A DNA stretch of 64,000 bases from Bacillus thermozeamaize. GTDB lineage: Bacteria > Bacillota > Bacilli > ZCTH02-B2. The notes below the pieces were generated by a model. That model did not search any database. It was not told where the DNA came from and saw nothing but the letters and a program-made list of their open reading frames with translations. Both the position numbers and the translations under genes were made by a program. Of this stretch, positions 31,747 through 41,206 are shown in pieces. Location: positions 3,475 to 67,474 of the forward strand of contig LZRT01000060.1 of NCBI GenBank assembly GCA_002159075.1. Direction: 5' to 3'. The first letter of the stretch is position 1. The number at the start of each line of letters is the position of its first letter.

Positions 31747-32240
31747 ACTGAACATCCTTTCTTCAAGATTATCCTTTTTTCTCAGAATTGCTGCGCTGGT
31801 TGTTTGTACAGCCATTTTTGCTTCGCCATTGGGATAAGAATAGATAGAGGCTGGATGGTTGTCAATCGCCAAGTAATTGATATTTTTCCCGTTGCGGCGT
31901 TGCCATATCACAGACGCACAACCGAAAAGAGGCTTTGCATGGAGGAGTGGGGATGTTCACCGGGCTCTTTGGAGTCCGGTTTTTTGTTATGAAAAACGTT
32001 CTGCTCATCCGTTAGTCATTTAAATCTTGGTTTGGGCTTGGTTATTGGTTGTCACTTAGTCGGTTTTAGTCGGTCATAAATATTGTTGAAGGAAATAGAC
32101 ATGGTTTTGTCGTATATATTCATTGGAATAATTTTTTTCTAGGGAATGGGTGTTTTCGTTAACAGGAAAAAATGCGAAATATTTGTTTTTAAAAAACAGT
32201 TTTCTAAGGAAAAACGAATCAATCAAAGGAGTGAAGAGGA

Positions 32241-33248
32241 GTGGAGAAGACATTTCGCGCGCTGGTGGTGGAGAAGACGGAGGATGCATTTACCGTGGAA
32301 GTGCGGGAACGCAGCCTGGATGATTTGCCGGAAGGGGATGTGACGATTCGCGTCTGCTATTCCAGTGTGAATTACAAGGATGGGCTGGCCAGCATCCCGA
32401 ACGGGCGGATCCTCACCCGGTATCCCATGGTCCCGGGCATTGATCTCTCCGGGATCGTGGTGGATTCCAAGGATCCCCGGTTTCGCGAAGGAGATGAGGT
32501 GCTGGTCACAGGGTATGAGCTGGGCGTCTCACACGAAGGGGGATTCAGCGAAATGGCCCGCGTTCCGGGAGACTGGGTGGTTCCTCTGCCGGCCGGATTG
32601 ACGCTGAAAGAGGCGATGGCCATCGGTACGGCGGGGTTTACCGCTGCGATGTCGGTCCACCAGCTGATAGAACACGGGGTTACACCGGAGAAAGGGCCGG
32701 TGCTGGTGACGGGTGCGACGGGCGGCGTGGGTTCCAGTGCGGTGGCGATGCTGGCCCAACTGGGTTATCACGTGGCGGCCAGCACGGGAAAGGATTCGGA
32801 GCATGATTATCTCCGGAAGCTCGGCGCGAAGGAAATCCTGCACCGCGATGAGGTGTCAGCGGAGAGCAAGCGGGCCCTGGAAAAGGAACGCTGGGCGGGC
32901 GCGGTGGATCCGGTGGGCGGGAAGACGACCGCCTATCTGTTGCGGACCACCCGGTACGGTGGCGCGATTGCCTTGAGCGGGCTGACCGGCGGAGCCGAAC
33001 TGGTGACAACCGTGTTTCCGTTCATCCTTCGCGGCGTCAACCTGCTTGGCATTGATTCGGTCTACTGCCCGATGGAACTGCGGAAGCAGCTTTGGGAACG
33101 GCTGGGCAGCGATTGGAAGCCGCAGGGCTTGATGGCGGAGATCGCCCGGGAGGTCACCCTGGATACTTTGAAAGAGACGCTGGCCGCCATTTTGCGGGGT
33201 GAAGTGCGTGGCCGGACGATCGTGAAACTGGGAGGCAGGGACGAATGA
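32241..33248 (+). CDS. YhdH/YhfP-family quinone oxidoreductase (acrylyl-CoA reductase AcuI-like, MDR superfamily)
   Basis: FRALVVEK...VCYSSVNYKDGLA...PMVPGIDLSG...VLVTGATGGVGS. GTG start. Confidence 0.85.
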   Translation: MEKTFRALVVEKTEDAFTVEVRERSLDDLPEGDVTIRVCYSSVNYKDGLASIPNGRILTRYPMVPGIDLSGIVVDSKDPRFREGDEVLVTGYELGVSHEGGFSEMARVPGDWVVPLPAGLTLKEAMAIGTAGFTAAMSVHQLIEHGVTPEKGPVLVTGATGGVGSSAVAMLAQLGYHVAASTGKDSEHDYLRKLGAKEILHRDEVSAESKRALEKERWAGAVDPVGGKTTAYLLRTTRYGGAIALSGLTGGAELVTTVFPFILRGVNLLGIDSVYCPMELRKQLWERLGSDWKPQGLMAEIAREVTLDTLKETLAAILRGEVRGRTIVKLGGRDE

Positions 33249-35062
33249 GCCAGCACCATGGGAAGGACAACGAAAGAGAACTCACGCCAGGGGGCTCCTT
33301 TCTCCTCCGTCCGGTCTCGCCGGAAGAAGTGTTCACACTGGAGGATTGCGACGAGGAGCATCAGATGATTGCCCGGACGGCGCGGGATTTTATGGAAGAA
33401 ACGGTGATGCCGCACGTGGAGGCCATCGAGGAAGAAGCGGATGATCAGCTAGTGGCCCGCTTGATGCGGCAGGCGGGGGAGGTGGGCCTGCTCGGTCATT
33501 ACCTGCCGGAAAAATACGGCGGCAGCGAGCTGGACAAGATCAGCTCGGCGCTGATCAATGAACAGACGGGACGCACCGGTGCTTATGGCATTGCCCATGT
33601 CAATCACACGGGGATCGCCACGTTGCCGATCTACTATTTCGGGACAGAGGAACAGAAGCGGAAATACCTGCCGGGCCTTGCGACCGGAAAGCTGATCGGC
33701 GCCTATTGCCTGACCGAGCCGACCGGTGGTTCGGACTCGCTTGCGGCCAGGACCACCGCTGTGCTGAATGCGGCAGGTACCCATTACGTGCTGAACGGGA
33801 CCAAGCAGTTTATCACCAACGCCGCTTTTTCCGACACGTTTATTGTTTATGCCAAGGTGGACGGGCAGCATTTTACGGCTTTCATTGTCGAGAAGGACTT
33901 TCCCGGCCTGCGCCTTGGGCCCGAGGAGCGGAAAATGGGCATGCACGGCTCATCGACGCGGCAGGTGATCCTGGAAGATTGCCAGGTACCGGTGGAAAAC
34001 CTGCTGGGAGAAGTGGGCAAAGGGCATCAGATTGCCTTTAATGTCTTGAATATCGGCCGGTTCAACGTGGGAATCGGTTGTCTGGGTGCGGCGAAAGAGG
34101 CCTTTGGCGAGGCGGCAAGGTATGCCGTTCAGCGCAGGCAATTCGGCCAGCCGCTGGCGGCCTTTGGTGCGATTCAGGAGAAGCTGGCTGACATGGCGGC
34201 CCGGATCTTTGCGTTGGAGTCGCTGCAATACCGGACGGCTGCTCTGTTGGAAGCGGCGTTTGCGCCGATAGGCCGGACAGGCGGCAACATTTCGGCCGAA
34301 TTTGTCCGGCGCTCGCAGGCCTATGCGCTGGAGTGTTCGATTTGCAAAGTATTTGGTTCGGAGTCGTTGGATCGGGTGGTGGACGAGGCGGTTCAGATTC
34401 ATGGCGGGTACGGCTACATTCGGGAGTATCCGGTGGAACGGATGTACCGGAACTCCCGGATCAACCGCATCTGGGAGGGGACCAACGAAATCAACCGGAT
34501 GATCATCCCGGGGATGCTTTTGCGCATGGCCAAGGCCGGGCAGTTGCCGCTGGAAGAGGCGATTGGCCGGGCGCTGTCGCAGGATCCCCGTCTCGATCTG
34601 GTTCCCAAGGTGTCCCCTGATGTGTCCCACGCGTTGGGTGAAATGCCGGACTGGCTGGATGAGATGAAGCTGTCCTTTCTGCGTTGCATCGGGCTGGCCT
34701 GGCGGCGGATTGGCGAGCGGTTGCAGCAAGAACAGGAGGTGGCGATGCGGCTGGCCGACATGGCCATCTGGATTTACGCTGCGGAAAGCAGCATCCTGCG
34801 CGCGGCCAAGACGGTTGCGAAGCAGGGAGAGGAGACGGGTGCCCTGCAGGTGTCGCTGGCCTCGCTGGTGGCTCACGAGGCGGTGGCGGAAGTGGAACGG
34901 GCGGCCCGCTATATCCTGGACACCCTGATGGAAGAGGGCACGGCGGAAACGGATGTCAAGAAATGGCGCCAGGCGCTTTCCGCGGTCTCATACAAGGGAG
35001 TGCGCGAACAGAAGCGGTTGATCGCCGAAAAGATGGTGGAGGCGGGCCGCTACCAGTGCTGA
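33245..35062 (+). CDS. Acyl-CoA dehydrogenase (long form, about 600 aa)
   Basis: ACAD motifs (CLTEPTGGSDS, QIHGGYGYIREYPVERMYRNSRINRIWEGTNEI). ATGA overlap with the upstream gene. Confidence 0.9.
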   Translation: MSQHHGKDNERELTPGGSFLLRPVSPEEVFTLEDCDEEHQMIARTARDFMEETVMPHVEAIEEEADDQLVARLMRQAGEVGLLGHYLPEKYGGSELDKISSALINEQTGRTGAYGIAHVNHTGIATLPIYYFGTEEQKRKYLPGLATGKLIGAYCLTEPTGGSDSLAARTTAVLNAAGTHYVLNGTKQFITNAAFSDTFIVYAKVDGQHFTAFIVEKDFPGLRLGPEERKMGMHGSSTRQVILEDCQVPVENLLGEVGKGHQIAFNVLNIGRFNVGIGCLGAAKEAFGEAARYAVQRRQFGQPLAAFGAIQEKLADMAARIFALESLQYRTAALLEAAFAPIGRTGGNISAEFVRRSQAYALECSICKVFGSESLDRVVDEAVQIHGGYGYIREYPVERMYRNSRINRIWEGTNEINRMIIPGMLLRMAKAGQLPLEEAIGRALSQDPRLDLVPKVSPDVSHALGEMPDWLDEMKLSFLRCIGLAWRRIGERLQQEQEVAMRLADMAIWIYAAESSILRAAKTVAKQGEETGALQVSLASLVAHEAVAEVERAARYILDTLMEEGTAETDVKKWRQALSAVSYKGVREQKRLIAEKMVEAGRYQC

Positions 35063-35251
35063 TTGGTTGATTGGCTGAGCTGGGTTTGCGTTTGGCGGTT
35101 TTATATGGCTGTTTTCGTTTGGTGGCTGTTCATTAGCGGTTCGTTATTTGATAGTGGATGGTCCATTTTTTGGAATGGTGCAATGGCTGTGGTGCCCAAG
35201 ACAGGGGATGGATGAACAGGGGACCATCTTGCAAAAAGGAGGAGACGCCGA

Positions 35252-36229
35252 ATGAAAGCAATCCGTTGCCATCAGTATGGCGAACCGGATGTGCTGCAGT
35301 TGGAAGAGGTGGATACGCCGGTTCCCGGACCGCGTCAGGTGTTGATCCGGGTCAAGGCGGCCGGCGTGAATTACGCCGATGTGATGCGCCGGCGGAATAT
35401 GTATGTCCAGCACACGCCGCTGCCGTTTATTCCGGGATCGGAAGTGGCCGGTGAAATCGTGGCGGTGGGACCGGAGGTTAAGTCGGTGAAGGAGGGGGAC
35501 CGGGTGGTGACCCTCCTGGGACCCAAGTGTTCCGGATATGCGGAGTACGTGATCGGTTATGAGCCGATGCTCATTCCGATTCCGGAAGGATTGGATGAGG
35601 TTCAGGCGGCCGCCCTGCCGCTGCAGGGGTTGACGGCATATCACATTTTGAAGACTTCGGGACAGGTCAAGCCGGGCGAGACCGTGCTGGTCCATGCGGC
35701 TGCCGGCGGAGTAGGCACGCTGTCCGTACAGCTGGCCAAACATTTTGGCGCCACTGTGATCGCCACGGCCAGCACGGAGGAGAAGCTGGCACTGGCACGC
35801 TCTCTGGGCGCGGATCATACGATTAACTACACCGCCGCCGACTGGGACCGGCAGGTGCTGGAGCTTACAGGAGGCAAAGGTGTGGACGTGATTCTGGAAA
35901 TGGTGGGCGGTGAGATCTTCAATAAAAACTTAGGGATTCTGGCCACGTTTGGGCGAATGGTGGTCTTTGGGGCGGCCAGCATGAAACGGAGCGCATTGGA
36001 GCCTTTCCGCCTGATGAACAAGTGCCAGTCCGTGGTCGGCTTTCTCCTCACCCCGGTCGTGGAGCGGCCCGATCTGTACCGGCCCAGCTTGCAAGAGCTG
36101 TTGCAACTGGTGAAGGAAGGCAGGTTGAAGCTGCATATCGGCGGCACTTTTCCGCTGGAACAGGCTGCGGAGGTGCACCGGATGCTGGAAGGCAGGCAGA
36201 CGACGGGCAAGCTGGTGTTGATCCCGTGA
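35252..36229 (+). CDS. qor: NADPH:quinone oxidoreductase (zeta-crystallin-like MDR)
   Basis: MKAIRCHQYGEPDVLQLEEV...VKAAGVNYADV...VHAAAGGVGT...GKLVLIP. Confidence 0.88.
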   Translation: MKAIRCHQYGEPDVLQLEEVDTPVPGPRQVLIRVKAAGVNYADVMRRRNMYVQHTPLPFIPGSEVAGEIVAVGPEVKSVKEGDRVVTLLGPKCSGYAEYVIGYEPMLIPIPEGLDEVQAAALPLQGLTAYHILKTSGQVKPGETVLVHAAAGGVGTLSVQLAKHFGATVIATASTEEKLALARSLGADHTINYTAADWDRQVLELTGGKGVDVILEMVGGEIFNKNLGILATFGRMVVFGAASMKRSALEPFRLMNKCQSVVGFLLTPVVERPDLYRPSLQELLQLVKEGRLKLHIGGTFPLEQAAEVHRMLEGRQTTGKLVLIP

Positions 36230-36304
36230 GCGGGTGAACATGACATGATTAAGTGAAGATTGAGATAATCAATGTTAATCCTGGACTCAGTCATTTGCAG
36301 ATAC

Positions 36305-36343
36305 CGTCCGTTTACTCGAATGAAGTAACGGACGTTTTATTTT
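36305..36343 (+). terminator. Rho-independent terminator of qor (last chromosomal signal before the island)
   Basis: CGTCCGTTTACT...AGTAACGGACG stem (one bulge) followed by TTTTATTTT. Confidence 0.75.
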
Positions 36344-36447
36344 ACGAAAAGAGGGGAGATGATGTTAGAATGATGGTAAACATTGCGAAAAAGGGGGGTT
36401 ACCAGTGTCTGACCAATTATTATTAAAGAAACGCGTACCGAAGCGCC

Positions 36448-36640
36448 CCCGATCTCGTTTCCGAAGTGCTCTCTCCCATTACAGTCAGAACGAAAAATTT
36501 CCAAAAAAGCTCAAAACGAACGGTTTGGAGTACGCGAATACTGGATTGCCGATCCGGTGCATTACATGGAATGTTTCCTTATACCACTTGTGCACCATGA
36601 ACTAGAATATGCAATAAGTTATAATGAAATGATGAGGGAG
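36448..36640 (+). pseudogene. Uma2-family (DUF820) endonuclease remnant, 5'-truncated and frameshifted
   Basis: One frame reads PDLVSEVLSPITV. A second frame continues ERFGVREYWIADPVHYMECF. Together these are the conserved C-terminal motifs of Uma2 nucleases (PDL.VEVLSP ... GV.EYW..DP). No intact ORF covers both. Confidence 0.65.
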
Positions 36641-36650
36641 GTATTGAATC

Positions 36651-36875
36651 ATGAGTGTCTCTATTGAGGAATTGGAACATTTACTGAGACATCTAAATGA
36701 CAAGAATAAACTGGTTGCAAAGAGTTTTTTGTCCTGGCTTGTAGAAAAACAGTTCGATGATGAGGATGACATGTTGACTCCGGATGATATAGAAGCCATT
36801 GAACAAGCCAGAAAGGAACTGAATAACGGGGAGACCAAGTCATTGGAGGACTTAAAGCGTGAACTCCAATTATAA
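36651..36875 (+). CDS. Putative antitoxin of a RelE-type toxin-antitoxin pair
   Basis: 74-aa acidic protein directly upstream of the RelE-like gene and overlapping it by 17 nt. GGGAGG RBS. Confidence 0.6.
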   Translation: MSVSIEELEHLLRHLNDKNKLVAKSFLSWLVEKQFDDEDDMLTPDDIEAIEQARKELNNGETKSLEDLKRELQL

Positions 36876-37128
36876 TATTCGATTTACAAAGCAAGCAAGT
36901 AGAGCGCTAGGTAAATTGGACAAAACAACAGCTAAAAGAATCATTCAAGCGATTGAATCTTTGAGTTATGATCCCTATCATCATTCACAGACCAAGAAGA
37001 TGAAGGGGTATGAAGGGCATTTTTTTCGTTTGAGGGTCGGAAATTTCAGGATAATATATGAGGTGATAGACAATCGACTTTTAATCGTCGTTGTAAAAAT
37101 TGGTTCCCGTGGCGATGTTTACAAATAA
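36859..37128 (+). CDS. relE: RelE/ParE-family type II toxin
   Basis: 89 aa. The sequence YNIRFTKQASRALGKLDKTTAKRIIQAIESL...LRVGNFRIIYEVIDNRLLIVVVKIGSRGDVY is the typical RelE/StbE pattern (RVGdYRiiY...v..i.hRkdvY). Confidence 0.85.
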   Translation: MNSNYNIRFTKQASRALGKLDKTTAKRIIQAIESLSYDPYHHSQTKKMKGYEGHFFRLRVGNFRIIYEVIDNRLLIVVVKIGSRGDVYK

Positions 37129-37256
37129 CAAACTGCCTTCTCTGGCCACAAACTTTTCCCAAATGGGTTAGAATCCTGAGTATGGTTTGATCCAGCCTGT
37201 AAGAGACCTTGTTCAAGTAGCCAATTTCAGCCCTTACAGGCGGAGCAAGGTGATAA

Positions 37257-40200
37257 TTACTGGACAACTAACCGTGTTCTTTGTTCGGCCTCACGGTTTA
37301 AGCGTGCCACAACCCTTTTGATCGTCAGTTCACTTTTATTGCGTTTTAGTGATTCAGCCACACGTCTTCCGGCATCGGCGGCAGCTTTTGCTGCAAATTG
37401 TGGTACCTGTATGTGGCAATATTCACCAATACTTGGTATAGTCACATCATATACCAGATGTCGTTGGAATGAACTCAGGATTCGTATCGGGATGTTGGTT
37501 ATGAGAATGCGTTCACGTTCATTAATTGTCGACTCGACGGCTTTGATCACTGTTCCGAAAACAGCCTGATCCCCATCTTCTCCAGCTTTGGTTTGTAGTA
37601 AGTCGCGAATGATCAAAAAGTTGAGTAACTCTTGTACAAGTGCGATACGAATGTTCTCCCGTTCGATCCGCTCTGCGGCAAGATTGGGTTCCAGTTCTTT
37701 TCTAACCAAACTGCGCAATTGATCGAACAATGGTTTAATTTCCTGTTCGCTAATTTCTTCGTCCTCGTTCAGAGAAATATGTTTCAGGTCATCCCATGAC
37801 TGGATTAAGCGCACCTGGCGTATTCCATCTGTTCCCCGGCAAACGACAGCATAACCCACTCTATCCACACCGTTCATTCCTTCAACGGGGATGGTAATTC
37901 TCCGAACACATGAAGGTAGTTCGTAGTTTTGAATATGTTCAAGAATTTTCTCGAAATATGGATCTCCGTAGGAAGCAAAGTGAACTCTTTGTTTTCCATC
38001 AGTTAAACCTTCATCGTATAACTTTCGCGAGGCCGTCAATACGGTGCCGTCAGGCACACCAGGGATACCGCGTATTTCTAAGATCTCTTCCCCAGCTACT
38101 GTTTTCTTGGTACAACCACGGGATTTTAAATAACGGGATGTGCTGAGCGTTTCCCAGATGGCTTCCATCGTGACAGGAGCAGATGGATGTTGTGTATTAT
38201 CAGTAAAATGTTGATATATCTCAAACAATTCATGGGCCGGTATCTCCATGCGTGCATGATGTTGGAGTTGTTCTTTCAGGCGATTGGTCGATATGATATA
38301 GAGTTCTTCCTCGGTCAACGTTCCTTCTTCAAGTTGACGAAACTCATCTGGTTTAACCGGAAGAAGAGAAATTTGTTGAGTACCGACGATGAGGTTTGCT
38401 TTTTGCAAACGTTCTAATAGACGTCTGTATACAATTTCTTCTGCACTTCCAGCATAGAAGAGGTTCAAGACATAAATATGCTGATGTTTTTGACCGATAC
38501 GGTCAATGCGACCGATTCTTTGTTCAATCTTCATGGGATTCCATCCAAGGTCATAATTGATCAGCAGATCTGCAGTCTGTAAGTTTAAACCCTCTGCTGC
38601 GGCATCCGTGCAGACGAGAACATCGATTTCGCCACGCAAAAACCGTTCTTTCACTTCTTCGCGATCGCATGGGATCATTTGTTTTTGGTCTGGATCAAAA
38701 TACTCAGCTCCCTTCCCAGAATAAGTCCCAATTCGCATGTGTTGGTCAACCCTGCGAAGACGCGAGACAATATCTAAAAGAGTGTCGTAGAAACGGGTAA
38801 AAACCACCGTTTGCCGGATTCGGCCTGTCGACTGGTCTTTGCGACGTTCCAGTTGTTCCAAAAGAACCTTCATTTTCGATGAATCGCCGGTGAGATCGTT
38901 CAATTGCTGAAGCATCTTTTGGATTTGGTTTCTTTCCCATTCTAAATCGGGCATGCTCCGTCCTTGCAGCAGCACTTGAAACACTTCAACATCATCTTCG
39001 TTGTCACCTTCATATACCACTTCGTTCAAGGAGAAGCTGTTTATTTCATCTTCGTTAGTTTTCCAATCAAAATGATGCTTCAGAGTGGCCTCCACTTTGT
39101 CCAAACGCCGCTTTAACGTCTCCCGGAGAGCATACAGGCTGGAGGCAAACCGCAAACGAAGAAAACTGAGATAGAAATTCACCATTTGCCGATGTTGGGA
39201 GTTCCCGTGTTTTTGTATTTGTGCCATTAACCCTTTGCAGTAGGTTTCCAGTTGGGCGTAAATGCGTTTTTCTAAGTCGTTGAATGCAATGGGTTCCATA
39301 GGCAGGATGTGACGTTCGGCAAGATTTTGCTGCAATCGGCCGTATTCCCGATACACTTCAAGCAATTTTCTGGTATGTCGCAACATGACTCGGGATAGCG
39401 GGGCTCCGCTGAAGATAATGCGCAACAAGAATTGCCGTTCTACACCTCTGGGAACATATCCATTTTCCAGCCAGCGGCGAATCGTGTGCCGGTTGCGATT
39501 GTCAATGACGTACTGTTCAAAATAACGCCAAAGCATCGGATCCTGTTCACGGATGCCTAAAATGGCACGGCGGAGAAAAGTCCATTCCCATTCACTCAAT
39601 TCCTGTTCATTGAGAAGTTTTTCCAATGTTTGATAATACTCGAGTATCAGAGTGGGATCGAATTGAAACACCCCCACCCGATTGGTCAGGGCCAGCAAAT
39701 CACATACTTCCACGGGATGGATCTGCATCGGGGTGGCCGTAGCCAACCACAGACAACGTGTTTTTTCTCTCAATGCACTTTGCAGTGTCGTATACAATTG
39801 TCCATATTCGGGATGTGCGCTTGCTCCTCTGGACGGATTGTGCCGCCGGGCTGCATGCGCTTCATCAACCAATGCGACGTCAAATGATTGCGCGTTTTTC
39901 AGTTCTTCCACCCGTTCCCTCCGGGGTAACAGGCCTGTTGAAACGATTACTAGATCTGGTTCGTAAATCGAACTGGCTGGCCGTTGTTCTTCATGAGGAA
40001 ATTCATATTCGTGGGCCAGATCAGGAGTTGTGACGGCCCTACCAAACGACATGAGCATTTTGGTGGCCATTTGGCGTTGCCATTGTTTTGTCAAGCTGGC
40101 AGGTGCCGCGATCAAGATGCGTTTTGCCAGGCCAGACAAATATAACGAACGGAAGGCCAGACCTGCCTCGATTGTTTTTCCCAGACCAACTTCATCGCAC

Positions 40201-41174
40201 AGGAGGTAAGAATAGGGCCACGTTTCGACCAAGCGGCGCACGACAACCTGTTGATGCGGCCACGGTTCTACCGGTGCCGTTTCCATGCCGACAAACCTTC
40301 CGTTCGGCATTTTGGGCCCATCCCGCAAGATCGCAAACTGCAGCCGTTCCAGTACGGAGGGGGTGTCCTCAACTGGCATGTTTGCAACCGGTGTGCCATC
40401 CACCTCTTTGGGAATCGTGATTCCTTCAGCAATTTGCAGCATTCTGCGTCGCACTGCTTCGGGAAGAGTCAGCACCGGCATATGAGGGAGCTTGCCATCC
40501 CATAAGTTTTCAAAATCTTCTACCGCCTGTTCAACCCGTTCTTTCTCTGTTTCGCCTTTCCAGTCGCAATGGATGTCAATGTTTTCTGCATTGAGCACCA
40601 ATGCGTTTTTGGATTCGTTCAAGGAACCTGAACCGTATAACCGGTTTCCGTATTCGTCATACATAATGAACCACTTTTCATGGACATAACCATCTTCAAC
40701 ACTGTCAAAAGGCAAGGGTTCGCCGGTTTCCTTATGCAAGCGGAAAGCGACGCGAACCTCTAAATAACCGTGCGCGACCATCCAGGAAAGAAGAGAAACG
40801 CCATTCTGTACGCTTTCGGGCCACGATTCAAATTGTTTCAGTTCATCGTTCAATCGTGCTTCAAGTTGCTTCGCATCGCCTGCGAGAATCGCCTTGACAT
40901 CTTCAGGAGCCAGATCGGCCCCGACAATGAGGCGCATTTTTCCGTTCCGTTGGACAAAAGAGGAAAAACCTTGGGAAGCGGCAGCCAATGAGGAAGAACG
41001 GAAATACCCGGCGACGCGGTCATAACGTACGGCCAGCTTGAGGGCTGGAATGTAGAAATCGTGCAATATATTGACCGGACGGCCATCGATCATGGTAGAG
41101 GAGGTTTTGTAAGACAGACGCCAAGAGTGTGAACGTAACCCTTTCTGTTCGTTAGGATCATGTGGGTTCGTCAT
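37257..41174 (-). CDS. Fusion protein: N-terminal PLD-family (HKD) nuclease-like domain plus SNF2/SF2 helicase
   Basis: HKD-like VHEKWFIMYDE...GSGSLNES at the N-terminus. Helicase motif I LCDEVGLGKT, II LVDEAHAAR, III LATATPMQ, V CTDAAAEGLNLQ, VI EQRIGRIDRIGQ. Last gene of the four-gene module. Confidence 0.85.
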   Translation of the reverse strand: MTNPHDPNEQKGLRSHSWRLSYKTSSTMIDGRPVNILHDFYIPALKLAVRYDRVAGYFRSSSLAAASQGFSSFVQRNGKMRLIVGADLAPEDVKAILAGDAKQLEARLNDELKQFESWPESVQNGVSLLSWMVAHGYLEVRVAFRLHKETGEPLPFDSVEDGYVHEKWFIMYDEYGNRLYGSGSLNESKNALVLNAENIDIHCDWKGETEKERVEQAVEDFENLWDGKLPHMPVLTLPEAVRRRMLQIAEGITIPKEVDGTPVANMPVEDTPSVLERLQFAILRDGPKMPNGRFVGMETAPVEPWPHQQVVVRRLVETWPYSYLLCDEVGLGKTIEAGLAFRSLYLSGLAKRILIAAPASLTKQWQRQMATKMLMSFGRAVTTPDLAHEYEFPHEEQRPASSIYEPDLVIVSTGLLPRRERVEELKNAQSFDVALVDEAHAARRHNPSRGASAHPEYGQLYTTLQSALREKTRCLWLATATPMQIHPVEVCDLLALTNRVGVFQFDPTLILEYYQTLEKLLNEQELSEWEWTFLRRAILGIREQDPMLWRYFEQYVIDNRNRHTIRRWLENGYVPRGVERQFLLRIIFSGAPLSRVMLRHTRKLLEVYREYGRLQQNLAERHILPMEPIAFNDLEKRIYAQLETYCKGLMAQIQKHGNSQHRQMVNFYLSFLRLRFASSLYALRETLKRRLDKVEATLKHHFDWKTNEDEINSFSLNEVVYEGDNEDDVEVFQVLLQGRSMPDLEWERNQIQKMLQQLNDLTGDSSKMKVLLEQLERRKDQSTGRIRQTVVFTRFYDTLLDIVSRLRRVDQHMRIGTYSGKGAEYFDPDQKQMIPCDREEVKERFLRGEIDVLVCTDAAAEGLNLQTADLLINYDLGWNPMKIEQRIGRIDRIGQKHQHIYVLNLFYAGSAEEIVYRRLLERLQKANLIVGTQQISLLPVKPDEFRQLEEGTLTEEELYIISTNRLKEQLQHHARMEIPAHELFEIYQHFTDNTQHPSAPVTMEAIWETLSTSRYLKSRGCTKKTVAGEEILEIRGIPGVPDGTVLTASRKLYDEGLTDGKQRVHFASYGDPYFEKILEHIQNYELPSCVRRITIPVEGMNGVDRVGYAVVCRGTDGIRQVRLIQSWDDLKHISLNEDEEISEQEIKPLFDQLRSLVRKELEPNLAAERIERENIRIALVQELLNFLIIRDLLQTKAGEDGDQAVFGTVIKAVESTINERERILITNIPIRILSSFQRHLVYDVTIPSIGEYCHIQVPQFAAKAAADAGRRVAESLKRNKSELTIKRVVARLNREAEQRTRLVVQ

Positions 41175-41206
41175 GATTCGTTTCCACCTGCCTCCAACGA
41201 CCCTTT

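Noticed and set aside
33950-34876. 308-aa ORF antisense to the acyl-CoA dehydrogenase gene
   Set aside because: It is a shadow frame of a GC-rich gene, with no motifs.
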